From positions 1 to 36,262 of IMG/VR virus record IMGVR_UViG_3300037502_001229: DNA of 36,262 nucleotides; one strand, 5' to 3'. The notes beneath the pieces are model-generated. The model had not been told where the DNA came from, made no database searches, and saw only the letters and a program-made list of their open reading frames with translations. Origin of the DNA: a virus (Duplodnaviria; Caudoviricetes). The position numbers and the translations under genes were made by a program. This document shows, piece after piece, positions 1 through 7,422 of this stretch; within the stretch, counting starts at the first letter, position 1, and each line of letters starts with the position of its first letter.

Positions 1-79
1 CCATGTCCCAGCCCTTTTGTCTCTCGGCCATCGTGCGGTTGCCGATGTGGTCACATCTCTCTGCGTGATCCATCTGAAC
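1..79. repeat. Terminal direct repeat (assembly overlap), copy 1
   Basis: 1-79 is identical to 36184-36262, indicating a circular or circularly permuted complete genome. Confidence 0.95.
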
Positions 80-505
80 TCGAATCATGCCGTCAATCAG
101 CTCTATTTCACGGGCAGTCCACGCCACCGGCTCCTGCACAGGTGCTGGCTGTGCGGGTGGGGTGGTGTAGAGAGGCTGGGCCGTGGGGCTGCGCGGCTGT
201 TGGTGAACTAACTGCCATTCGCCGCCCTCACGTTTCCAGCGCCACGCCACCGGCTCCTGCACAGGTGCTGCGGGTGGGGTGGTGTAGAGCAATGTGCCCG
301 ACTCTGGCGGTTCATCAGTCCACACAACTTCGTCACCCTCAAAACAAACTCTGCCCACAGGCTCCTGCACAGGTGCTGCAAGGGCTTGCTTGATGACGTT
401 GATGGCTTGGTCTTCAATTGCAGCCTGATCGGGATCAATGACCGGATTTGTTGTGTTGCCTTCCAACGCCTCCAGCGCCAGTTTCAATGCTTCGTCTTTA
501 TCCAT
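1..505 (-). CDS. 5' part of origin-spanning mosaic protein (244 aa; join 505..1, 36183..35954), Eaa/Ead-like with repeated LYTTPPA(QP)APVQEPVAW linkers
   Basis: ATG at 505 overlaps the stop of the upstream gene. MDKDEALKLALEALE... stays open through the origin and continues in frame into ORF 35954..36256. Missed by the ORF track because of the wrap. Confidence 0.85.
   Translation of the reverse strand, partial: MDKDEALKLALEALEGNTTNPVIDPDQAAIEDQAINVIKQALAAPVQEPVGRVCFEGDEVVWTDEPPESGTLLYTTPPAAPVQEPVAWRWKREGGEWQLVHQQPRSPTAQPLYTTPPAQPAPVQEPVAWTAREIELIDGMIRVQMDHAERCDHIGNRTMAERQKGWDM
119..379. repeat. In-frame direct repeats at 119-172, 242-289 and 355-379, core GGCTCCTGCACAGGTGCTG
   Basis: Read directly from the sequence. 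Further copies at 778-801, 36046-36061 and (degenerate) 36112-36153. Confidence 0.9.
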
Positions 506-911
506 TGTTCTTGCTCCTTAATTTGGCTTCGATGGCGTCAAACGTAGGCTTGCCAATAATCATTTCGCAGTAGTCCTCAATGTCGTTGCGCTCTTGTTCC
601 GTCAGCCCAACCCATTGCCGCTGTGCTTTCAACTGTGCGACCTCACGCCGCGACTCAGCCAGCTCCTCTCTAAGGATTTGCATTTGACAATCGGCGGCTC
701 TGAGTTCAGCACCATACTCCACAAGCGTTGAAATGACCTGATCCGAAATTTCACGATATTCTTCATCTGTCCACCTTACAGGCTTCTGCACAGGTGCTGG
801 CGTTGCCTTACATTTAGCACAGTCATGGTTGACACATCCCAAGGGTTGTTTCGGAATACACCCATGTTTGGTGCAGTGCGCCACGGTTTCGCATTCGTCG
901 CAAATAATCAT
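498..911 (-). CDS. Mosaic hypothetical protein: Cys-rich N-terminus, PAPVQKPV linker, C-terminal WVGLT...IEAKLRSKN module
   Basis: ORF with RBS GAGGAG; carries the same DNA repeat as its neighbour. Confidence 0.75.
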   Translation of the reverse strand: MIICDECETVAHCTKHGCIPKQPLGCVNHDCAKCKATPAPVQKPVRWTDEEYREISDQVISTLVEYGAELRAADCQMQILREELAESRREVAQLKAQRQWVGLTEQERNDIEDYCEMIIGKPTFDAIEAKLRSKNNG

Positions 912-920
912 GACTGCTCC

Positions 921-1148
921 TCAACGCCAAGTATTTGTTTGGATGTTATATGTGATCATGAAAGGGCAAAACATTTCTGCCACAATGCTCACACGAAATT
1001 CATTCATCATGCTTTTGTATTCGCAAATTTTGTAAGTAAAGCCTGCTGGATGATTCCTCTGTCCTACATTCATCATCATGATTTCTGAAAATTGAGCTTG
1101 CGCACCACAGGCAGAAGTGAGTGCGATGATTGCTAAAAATTTTTTCAT
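921..1148 (-). CDS. Small exported protein (signal peptide, 2 Cys in mature part)
   Basis: MKKFLAIIALTSACGAQA-Q looks like a Sec signal with an AxA site; ATGA overlap with the upstream gene; AT-rich. Confidence 0.7.
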   Translation of the reverse strand: MKKFLAIIALTSACGAQAQFSEIMMMNVGQRNHPAGFTYKICEYKSMMNEFRVSIVAEMFCPFMITYNIQTNTWR

Positions 1149-1447
1149 GAAAACTCCTCCTCGGCCATTTCATCGGCCATCTTTGACCAATATTCCCGGC
1201 TGACCTGATCTAGCAAAATTCCAGCTTGGTCAAACTTGCGCTCGGATAGAACCTTGGCCAGCACCATTTTGACGTTAGTGCTTGCTTCGCCTAGCGCCTC
1301 AACGATATTGAAACCATCCATCGGGTCACACGTTTCGCCATGCGTCATCAGTTCAGCAGCTCGCGCCTCGATTGCAAAGGCTCGGCGTTCTGCCCGATCT
1401 TCATCATCTTGGCGGGCGTTCATCATCATCGTATTCATGCAATTCAT
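1145..1447 (-). CDS. Hypothetical protein
   Basis: 100-aa ORF, translationally coupled (ATGA) at both ends, RBS GGAG. Confidence 0.75.
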   Translation of the reverse strand: MNCMNTMMMNARQDDEDRAERRAFAIEARAAELMTHGETCDPMDGFNIVEALGEASTNVKMVLAKVLSERKFDQAGILLDQVSREYWSKMADEMAEEEFS

Positions 1448-1710
1448 TTCGTTTCTCCGGTTGATCTGGCGATGGCGGCATTTGCTATATCACATGCTGT
1501 TTTTGCACCAAAGTCAGCACACATTTCGCGCAATCGTTTGAGCGTATCCAACAAGTTGCGCACCTCAAGGCGCAACCCGTAAATTTCTGTGTGTTGCTCT
1601 TGCGCGAGTTGATACAACCGACGCAGCTCGGCGGCAACTTCGATGCCAAACGTCACGTCTGGGTAATCAATCGCGTCAGCCAATCGCAGGGCTTCTGGTT
1701 GTGTGCTCAT
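1444..1710 (-). CDS. Hypothetical phage protein (QPEALRLAD...AAELRRL type)
   Basis: Start moved to MSTQPEALRL, which overlaps (ATGA) the stop of 1707..1880. Confidence 0.75.
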   Translation of the reverse strand: MSTQPEALRLADAIDYPDVTFGIEVAAELRRLYQLAQEQHTEIYGLRLEVRNLLDTLKRLREMCADFGAKTACDIANAAIARSTGETK

Positions 1711-1880
1711 GACGACCACCATGCCACCAGCAATGCGGCCATGCCGACACCAATTAAGAAAGCTAATACATAACCAGCCAAACGCTCCCAAAGAGGCTCC
1801 TTGAGGCTAACGCTCTCATAACCTGGTGTCCACTGGCACTCATTAAGAGTGCGTGGAGTTTGTGTGTGTGAATGTTTCAT
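1707..1880 (-). CDS. Small membrane protein (57 aa, C-terminal TM helix)
   Basis: Own translation MKHSHTQTPRTLNECQWTPGYESVSLKEPLWERLAGYVLAFLIGVGMAALLVAWWSS; strong RBS AAGGAG; below ORF-track cutoff. Confidence 0.75.
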   Translation of the reverse strand: MKHSHTQTPRTLNECQWTPGYESVSLKEPLWERLAGYVLAFLIGVGMAALLVAWWSS

Positions 1881-1923
1881 CTCTTTCTCCTTTTGTTGAT
1901 GGGGCCGAAACCCCGGTTGATTT

Positions 1924-2160
1924 TTATGCGTCCAAGCGTGCAGGCAGCGGCTTGTAAATTTCTTTGGCTTCCAAAGTGAAGTAAGCCTTCACCAAGATGT
2001 TGTTTTGGTTGAGAACACGGCCTGCAAAGGCTTTGCCACGCTTGCAAACACGCTCCATCTGGCGGCGCAACTCGGGGTCAAGGTAAGCAGCAATTACGTA
2101 GCCGTTGTTAGCCAGGGCCAATTCGTTGTGTGCGTCTGCAAGGGTTTTTAGTGCTGTCAT
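1924..2160 (-). CDS. Hypothetical protein
   Basis: 78-aa ORF, RBS GGAG, first gene after a promoter. Confidence 0.7.
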   Translation of the reverse strand: MTALKTLADAHNELALANNGYVIAAYLDPELRRQMERVCKRGKAFAGRVLNQNNILVKAYFTLEAKEIYKPLPARLDA

Positions 2161-2196
2161 TTCGGTTACTCCGGTTTGGTTTGTTGCGATGACTGA

Positions 2197-2250
2197 ATCA
2201 TAACACGAACACCCACAATCTCACACAATTATTTTATAGGGACAAACCCT
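2197..2250 (-). promoter_or_regulatory. Leftward early promoter (extended -10 TGtTATGAT) with upstream AGGG-N5-CCCT palindrome
   Basis: ATCATA at 2197-2202; palindrome at 2238-2250; intergenic. Confidence 0.55.
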
Positions 2251-2750
2251 TAGATTGCGGTGATCTCCACATCATGCGGTTTGCGCTTTCCGTCCAACAT
2301 CTCATGCAGACGTTTCTCGGTCAGGCGGTGGCAGCGAATCATTACCCTGGCAGGCAACACATCCAGCAAGGCGGCGTAATCCTCCAGCACAGCACGCACG
2401 GCCTGAATGCCAGCACCATCCAGCCGGATCGCGCCCCCGGCTGTATTACGGCGGCCAGCATGGGCCATGGCGGTGATGGCATCCATCAGCAGGCCAGAAC
2501 TGTCCTCGCACACTTGCATGGTCTCGATCAGGGTCTCCATCAAGTTGACCGCATCCGACACCACCCGCCAGTCGTCTGTCGTTGGTCTTGGCGCTTTTTC
2601 CATGGCAGCTAACCCATCGTACATTCTGGTGAGCTGGTGCGTGCGGTACTCCAACGGAAGTGGCTCGGTGGGGCTGGCCATCAGCTCGTCAAGAATCGTG
2701 TAGTGCTTCGGCCTTTGAGCCGGGCGTTTCTTCCCGGCCTTCTTTGTCAT
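2250..2750 (-). CDS. Hypothetical protein
   Basis: 166-aa ORF, ATGA-coupled to the Arc-like gene. Confidence 0.75.
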   Translation of the reverse strand: MTKKAGKKRPAQRPKHYTILDELMASPTEPLPLEYRTHQLTRMYDGLAAMEKAPRPTTDDWRVVSDAVNLMETLIETMQVCEDSSGLLMDAITAMAHAGRRNTAGGAIRLDGAGIQAVRAVLEDYAALLDVLPARVMIRCHRLTEKRLHEMLDGKRKPHDVEITAI

Positions 2751-2911
2751 GCTTTCACCTTCTCAGACTGGCGTGCCAGCTCCAACTTAATGCAATGCAG
2801 GATCTGCGCGGCCAAAGTACGTGTGTTTTCCTCGGCCAACCTTCTAAGCTCACGCTCTACATCAGCAGGAAGACGCAATGTCATGTAACGGTTTTTGATT
2901 TTTTCGGTCAT
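2747..2911 (-). CDS. Arc-like ribbon-helix-helix DNA-binding protein
   Basis: YMTLRLPADVERELRRLAEENTRTLAAQILHCI fits the Arc/Mnt pattern; ATGA coupling. Confidence 0.8.
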   Translation of the reverse strand: MTEKIKNRYMTLRLPADVERELRRLAEENTRTLAAQILHCIKLELARQSEKVKA

Positions 2912-3054
2912 TTTGTGTTTCTCTGAAGTAATTTCACCCAGCATCGGGCGCAGTGCCATTTTGTGCGTACCTCAACCCCGCCCAATGGGTCGGAGTCTCG
3001 GCGGCACACATCGCAAAATTTGAGCTTATGCACTCTTGCCATTTGGTCGTTCAT
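2908..3054 (-). CDS. Small zinc-finger protein (48 aa; CDVC...CARC)
   Basis: Own translation MNDQMARVHKLKFCDVCRRDSDPLGGVEVRTKWHCARCWVKLLQRNTK fills the gap exactly, with ATGA coupling. Confidence 0.7.
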   Translation of the reverse strand: MNDQMARVHKLKFCDVCRRDSDPLGGVEVRTKWHCARCWVKLLQRNTK

Positions 3055-3056
3055 GA

Positions 3057-3329
3057 TTAAAAGGGCACATCTGAGTCGAGATCATCAAACGCATCTGGCA
3101 CAGGGCGTGCTGCGGCTTGTTTAACGGGCTTTTGAGGCGCTTTTTCTTCCTTTGCCTTGACAGACAAGCTGAGAAACTTTTTTCCCGTCTTTTCGCTTGT
3201 TTTAAGCCACGCAGAAATCCAAAGATCAGTACCGTTTACGTTGATACTTCCCTTGTAGTCTGGATGGTTGTCGTTTTGTTTATCGTCGTTTTTAAACAAC
3301 GCACCACGGTTTGTGTTGTCATATTGCAT
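3057..3329 (-). CDS. Putative single-stranded DNA-binding protein
   Basis: GALFKN...PDYKG...W.SAW fold motif plus acidic C-tail DDLDSDVPF; located in the recombination operon. Confidence 0.75.
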   Translation of the reverse strand: MQYDNTNRGALFKNDDKQNDNHPDYKGSINVNGTDLWISAWLKTSEKTGKKFLSLSVKAKEEKAPQKPVKQAAARPVPDAFDDLDSDVPF

Positions 3330-3330
3330 T

Positions 3331-3615
3331 TCAGTTTCCTTTCAGTTTGTATATACGAATTACCCTTGCATGTGCTTTTGGGTGGGTTGCTTGCGTGTAG
3401 CCAACAGCCTGGAAGTCATCACCCCGAAAGATGGCCCCCCATACGTTTGGGCTAAAGTGCTCTGGTAGTTCGATTTGTTCACGAACATCATTGATCGTTA
3501 CAAATCCATGTTTTTGTGCATAGCGAATTGCTGCTTTTCTGGCTTTCTCAATCCATTCCTCGCGGCCAATGGACACAAGGGCAATTCCAGCATCACGAAG
3601 TTTTCGGCCGTTCAT
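3331..3615 (-). CDS. Hypothetical protein (possible winged-helix)
   Basis: 94-aa ORF, coupled to neighbours. Confidence 0.7.
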   Translation of the reverse strand: MNGRKLRDAGIALVSIGREEWIEKARKAAIRYAQKHGFVTINDVREQIELPEHFSPNVWGAIFRGDDFQAVGYTQATHPKAHARVIRIYKLKGN

Positions 3616-3896
3616 GCTTTCCTCGCTTTCAGCATGGCATCGGCCTCAATGTAACGAAGCACCGATCGACAATCAGCCCAAAATTCAGCAAACCCTTTTG
3701 GGTCTTCAATGTATATGGGGCATTCCCTACCCACCAATTGTTTTGCGTGGGCCAAGGAAACATCAAAGATTTCATTTGGCGCCTTGGCTGCAAAGTAGTC
3801 GCGCAGGGTCATGCCGCCCACCGCCAGCATTTGCCCATAACCCGCATGGTGCTCAAAGGCCGGAAACGCTGGCCCACCTGTGTTTGTATTGCTCAT
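3612..3896 (-). CDS. Conserved phage protein (GGPAFP...GMTLRDYFAAKA family)
   Basis: Motif typical of early-region proteins of proteobacterial phages; RBS AAGGAG. Confidence 0.8.
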   Translation of the reverse strand: MSNTNTGGPAFPAFEHHAGYGQMLAVGGMTLRDYFAAKAPNEIFDVSLAHAKQLVGRECPIYIEDPKGFAEFWADCRSVLRYIEADAMLKARKA

Positions 3897-3905
3897 AGTT
3901 GCTCC

Positions 3906-4415
3906 TTATTTAATGGTTAATGAGTGAGTACGAACGATCTTGCATCCTGGTACATCTTGACCAGACTTGAGCGCGGTTTTAATCAGCGTCTTGTTTGGTT
4001 TTGGATCTGGCATCTTTGGCCATGTCATGAAGACCGATGGAATTAGCTTTTCTTCAAAAACTTCAACCGATTCGGGATTGTTCCGAATCTTGATTGACAT
4101 GAGTGGATGGTCAATTGACTCAATTTGTGCGGCCATCATGTTGTTCAAAAGATAGTCGCGCAGCTTGTCGGCTGTGTTTTGGCGGCTTGTTTTAAGAGCC
4201 TTCAGGCGCTCAATCTCTGAATCAATAGCATCACAGTGCGCGTCAAATTGACGGGCGATCATGACCACTGATACTGCCTTCTCGTTGAAGGATTCGACAA
4301 CACCAGTTGACTCAATTGTGTCGGCCAGTGTTTGCGCGTCTAAATCCATGTCGGCTAACTTGGTCATTAGCTCGACATACTCTGTGCGAAGTTGGTAGAG
4401 GGCTGGCAATGTCAT
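3906..4415 (-). CDS. Siphovirus Gp157 (Gam-like) family protein
   Basis: Coiled coil, EIERLKALK, IRNNPESV, KTLIKTALKSG.DVPG; adjacent to ERF. Confidence 0.85.
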   Translation of the reverse strand: MTLPALYQLRTEYVELMTKLADMDLDAQTLADTIESTGVVESFNEKAVSVVMIARQFDAHCDAIDSEIERLKALKTSRQNTADKLRDYLLNNMMAAQIESIDHPLMSIKIRNNPESVEVFEEKLIPSVFMTWPKMPDPKPNKTLIKTALKSGQDVPGCKIVRTHSLTIK

Positions 4416-5041
4416 GCTGTCACCTTTTCTGCTTTCTTAGTCAACATCTTTTTAACGTGTATGTATGCCACGTTAGGAATCATTGAAACGTCAGCGCAGT
4501 TTGTATTTGTGTTCTTTGACACCCAATTCAAAAGCCCTGCACGGTCTGACTTGGTTGATTCGATCAGTTCATCAATCTCGATTGCTTGTTCTGCTGAGAT
4601 CGTTGGCGGCATGACTTCATGAGTTTGGTAATCTGCATCATCACGCGACTCGGTTGGAATGCTGAACGCCTGGAAACAAGCGTATTTATAAGCCGCTGAC
4701 ATGGCTTTGTTTGTTGCTTTGTCTCCACTGTCCATTGCCTCGCCAAACGTCTTTACAGTGTGTTTTGTGCCATCCTCGGACGACACAAAATCAAACTCAG
4801 CCTCGACCGTGATGTAGAACAACGCGCCGCCGTTTTTAGACTGGCGCTCGACACATTCACGGGCCAAAACACGGGGCAAGATGCACAGGCCATGCTTTGC
4901 CAACAATGGGGCAATGGCGTTGTAAACGTCATCAATGCCCCGGAAGTTGTAACCCGCGCCCTGTGAATTTCGTTTGTCTTTGACGATCCCAATGGTTGCC
5001 AGTTCAGCTTGAACTGCGTTGATTGCTTTGTAGACTTGCAT
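4412..5041 (-). CDS. erf: ERF-family ssDNA-annealing recombinase
   Basis: YNFRGIDDV, GEAMDSGDKATNKAMSAAYKYA...F.IPT..DDAD ERF signature. Confidence 0.9.
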   Translation of the reverse strand: MQVYKAINAVQAELATIGIVKDKRNSQGAGYNFRGIDDVYNAIAPLLAKHGLCILPRVLARECVERQSKNGGALFYITVEAEFDFVSSEDGTKHTVKTFGEAMDSGDKATNKAMSAAYKYACFQAFSIPTESRDDADYQTHEVMPPTISAEQAIEIDELIESTKSDRAGLLNWVSKNTNTNCADVSMIPNVAYIHVKKMLTKKAEKVTA

Positions 5042-5073
5042 CGTTTCTCCTGTGGTTGATTGTGGTGAAACGT

Positions 5074-5153
5074 ATCATACACCACTAAAAGAAAATTTTG
5101 CACAATCACCCACAAAAAAATCTTTTAAATGTGTTGTATTTTTGTGATACAGT
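5074..5153. promoter_or_regulatory. Divergent early promoters (pL/pR-like)
   Basis: Minus-strand TATGAT at 5074-5079 and plus-strand TGaTACAGT at 5145-5153, in the AT-rich gap between divergent operons. Confidence 0.6.
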
Positions 5154-5160
5154 CGCAACC

Positions 5161-5373
5161 ATGAAAAAAGATACGACCTACTACTCTCAAGTCCTTGCCT
5201 ATGCTCACAAGATCGAAGGGTCTTACAGGGCACTGGCAAAGACACTAGGCGCACCCAGCGGCCCTGCTGTCCAGGCATGGCTAGTCAATGGAGTGGCTTA
5301 CAAGTGGCGACCTGTGCTGGAAAAAAAGTACGGTCTTGCTTTCAGAAAGAGTTTGAGTGAGTTGATCGTTTGA
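5161..5373 (+). CDS. Cro-like HTH regulator
   Basis: GSYRALAKTLG..SGPAVQAW HTH pattern; first rightward gene, with a very short leader. Confidence 0.75.
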   Translation: MKKDTTYYSQVLAYAHKIEGSYRALAKTLGAPSGPAVQAWLVNGVAYKWRPVLEKKYGLAFRKSLSELIV

Positions 5374-5390
5374 TAAAAGGTTGTTAAAAT
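5362..5390 (+). promoter_or_regulatory. Sigma70-like promoter of the replication operon leader
   Basis: TTGATC-17 nt-TAAAAT with TG extension. Confidence 0.6.
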
Positions 5391-5396
5391 TTTGAC

Positions 5397-5502
5397 ATCC
5401 CTTGGTCGGGATTTTGTAGTAAGCCCTTGGGGGCGCTCTGGCGGTACTACACCGTTCGACCAACTTCACGCAAGTGGAGAGAGCTTCCCCAAGGGCTTTT
5501 TT
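5397..5502 (+). ncRNA. C4/CI-like antisense RNA and attenuator with upstream target boxes
   Basis: Closing stem AAGCCCTTGGGG/CCCCAAGGGCTT followed by a U-run. Two internal hairpins, one with a GCAA tetraloop. Exposed TACTACA and CGACCAA are exact complements of upstream TGTAGTA and TTGGTCG. Confidence 0.7.
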
Positions 5503-5514
5503 GTTTGGAAAAAC

Positions 5515-6363
5515 ATGAAGCATTACCCTCACCACATAGGTGACTTCGACAGGGCAACGAGACACCTAACACGCATAGAACGCAGCATTTACCGCGACTT
5601 GCTTGACCTCTATTACGACACCGAAAAGTCGTTAACGCTTGATCGTGAAACTCTTTGCCGCCGAATCCTTGCCCGTTCCAACGAGGAATCAACGGCCGTT
5701 GAACAGGTGTTGAGTGAGTTTTTCACGGAAACACCAACAGGTTGGTATCACGTTCGATGTGAGGCAGAAATTGAGGCCTACCGAAGCAACACAAGCCAAA
5801 AGGCTATGGCTGGCAAGGCCTCAGCAGAGGCAAAACGCCTTAAAAAGCTGCAAGCGTTAAACGGCAAATCAACAGCCGTTGAACAGCCGTTGAAATCCGT
5901 TGCAACAAACGGCAACGGCACTTTAACTAACCATCAACCATCAACCATCAACCAAGAACCAATAACCAAGAAAGAGAAGAAAGGCGCAAGCGCCGAGATT
6001 GTTTTTCCAGAAGGCTTAGACCAAACGGCTTGGACTCGGTGGGTTGATTACAGAAAGCAGTCAGGCAAAGCATTGAGACCCGTATCCTGGCAGAGCGCAA
6101 TTGACGCACTTGTTAAACATGGCCCCAATCAAATGGCGGTGGTTGAACAATCAATTGCTAACGGGTGGCAAGGGTTGTTTGCGCTGAAGAAGGATGGCAA
6201 CAAACAAAACCAATCAATGACTTTTGCCGAACGTGACGCAGCCGCTGGACGCAAACGATGGGAAGAAATGACGGGCCGAAAGTGGCCTGAAAACGAAACT
6301 TGGATTGACATCGAAACTTTTACTTTGGGGATTGAACATGACACTACCGATCAAAGCAATTGA
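5515..6363 (+). CDS. Replication initiator (YdaU/DUF1376 N-terminus, lambda O-like)
   Basis: MKHYPHHIGDF..T.HL..IE..IYR.LLD.YY; C-terminal QSIANGWQGLF; internal iterons. Confidence 0.85.
   Translation: MKHYPHHIGDFDRATRHLTRIERSIYRDLLDLYYDTEKSLTLDRETLCRRILARSNEESTAVEQVLSEFFTETPTGWYHVRCEAEIEAYRSNTSQKAMAGKASAEAKRLKKLQALNGKSTAVEQPLKSVATNGNGTLTNHQPSTINQEPITKKEKKGASAEIVFPEGLDQTAWTRWVDYRKQSGKALRPVSWQSAIDALVKHGPNQMAVVEQSIANGWQGLFALKKDGNKQNQSMTFAERDAAAGRKRWEEMTGRKWPENETWIDIETFTLGIEHDTTDQSN
5867..5970 (+). repeat. Putative replication origin iterons
   Basis: CCGTTG(A/C)A x3; AATCAAC(A/G)GCCGTTGAACAG also at 5687-5706; followed by an (ACCATCA)n-like tract. Confidence 0.7.
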
Positions 6364-6790
6364 CCGCTTGTTTGAGCGTTTGGGCGCTACCTATGGCGAA
6401 CAGTGGAACCGCCAATGGACAAACATTCCGATCAATGATGTAAAGAGCGCCTGGGCGCATGAATTGTCAGGGTTTGGTGGACAACTTGAAGCAATTGCAT
6501 GGGGGCTTGAAAACCTGCCAGAACGCTGCCCGAACGTGATTGAGTTCCGTAATCTTTGCCGCCGCGCACCTGCTCCTGAGTTGCCACGACTGCCAGAACC
6601 CAAAGCAGACCCAGAGCGTATGCGCCGTGAGTTGTCAAAACTTGGCCAGATCAAGGAGCAGGTTTTGTCTGTTAAGACACTGGACAGCAAAGAATGGGCA
6701 AGGCGACTTATTGCACGACATGAAGGCGGAGAAAACATTCGACCAGTTTCTTTGCGCTTTGCCCGTGAAGCATTGGGAATTCAACAATGA
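6338..6790 (+). CDS. Putative helicase loader (lambda P-like)
   Basis: Follows the initiator; LFERL.ATYG..W, W..EL, PNVIEFRNLC. Confidence 0.65.
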   Translation: MTLPIKAIDRLFERLGATYGEQWNRQWTNIPINDVKSAWAHELSGFGGQLEAIAWGLENLPERCPNVIEFRNLCRRAPAPELPRLPEPKADPERMRRELSKLGQIKEQVLSVKTLDSKEWARRLIARHEGGENIRPVSLRFAREALGIQQ

Positions 6791-6897
6791 CACACCAACA
6801 AGCAATGAAGATCTTAGACAGAGTACGAGAAGGGGTTGCTTACCCTGAACACGTAATAACTCAGGCTTTACGCCTAACAGGGGATATTTGTGAATGA
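6787..6897 (+). CDS. Small hypothetical protein (36 aa)
   Basis: MTHQQAMKILDRVREGVAYPEHVITQALRLTGDICE, ATGA-coupled on both sides. Confidence 0.65.
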   Translation: MTHQQAMKILDRVREGVAYPEHVITQALRLTGDICE

Positions 6898-7103
6898 ACT
6901 ACACCGAGAGCTATCAAAAGATAGTCGAGAGTTTTGCCAAGTCAGCCATGAACCCGGCTTTTATAGACAACGCACGGCACATGGTGAAGGAACTACAGAC
7001 CCAATACCCAAGTGTGTACGGTGGTCTGGGTGCAGCCGTAGCAGAGCGACTCAAATCATTGAAAGAACAAAAGAAAGATGGGGCATCAAATGAACGCACT
7101 TGA
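6894..7103 (+). CDS. Hypothetical protein
   Basis: 69-aa ORF, ATGA-coupled. Confidence 0.6.
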   Translation: MNYTESYQKIVESFAKSAMNPAFIDNARHMVKELQTQYPSVYGGLGAAVAERLKSLKEQKKDGASNERT

Positions 7104-7422
7104 TAAAGCTGTTGATTATTTGAGAGACCACGCTGGTGACTATGCCGTAGCCGAAGCCCAATTGGTCTACATGACCGAGCTACGCAAGACCATCAAGGCC
7201 GAACTGATGAAGGAATACGAGCTAGACGGGCATAAAACATCGGCGGCCCAAGAAGTTCAGGCTTATTCGGATCCGCGATACCGTGGGCACTTGATGGCGC
7301 TGAAAGAAGCCACAGAGCAAAGAGAGCGCATCCGCTGGATGATGATTGCTGCCCAAGCGCGCATAGAGAGTGAAAAAGCAAATATCTATGCAAATAATCG
7401 CACGGATAAAGCCTTCAGATGA
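7090..7422 (+). CDS. Hypothetical coiled-coil protein
   Basis: 110-aa helical ORF (SAAQEVQAYSDPRY). Confidence 0.7.
   Translation: MNALDKAVDYLRDHAGDYAVAEAQLVYMTELRKTIKAELMKEYELDGHKTSAAQEVQAYSDPRYRGHLMALKEATEQRERIRWMMIAAQARIESEKANIYANNRTDKAFR

Noticed and set aside
1-79. 79-bp terminal repeat as a biological DTR or att site
   Set aside because: It falls mid-gene and is most simply an assembler overlap of a circular contig.
119-379. CRISPR array
   Set aside because: The repeats are in-frame coding linkers of variable length, the spacers are 65 nt or more and irregular, and there are no cas genes or leader.
17-438. ORF-track calls 17..211, 142..393 and 208..438
   Set aside because: They are shadows of the origin-spanning minus-strand gene starting at 505.
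5392-5514. N-terminal extension of the replication protein from a TTG start
   Set aside because: The family motif begins at ATG 5515, and the upstream part is a structured RNA leader.
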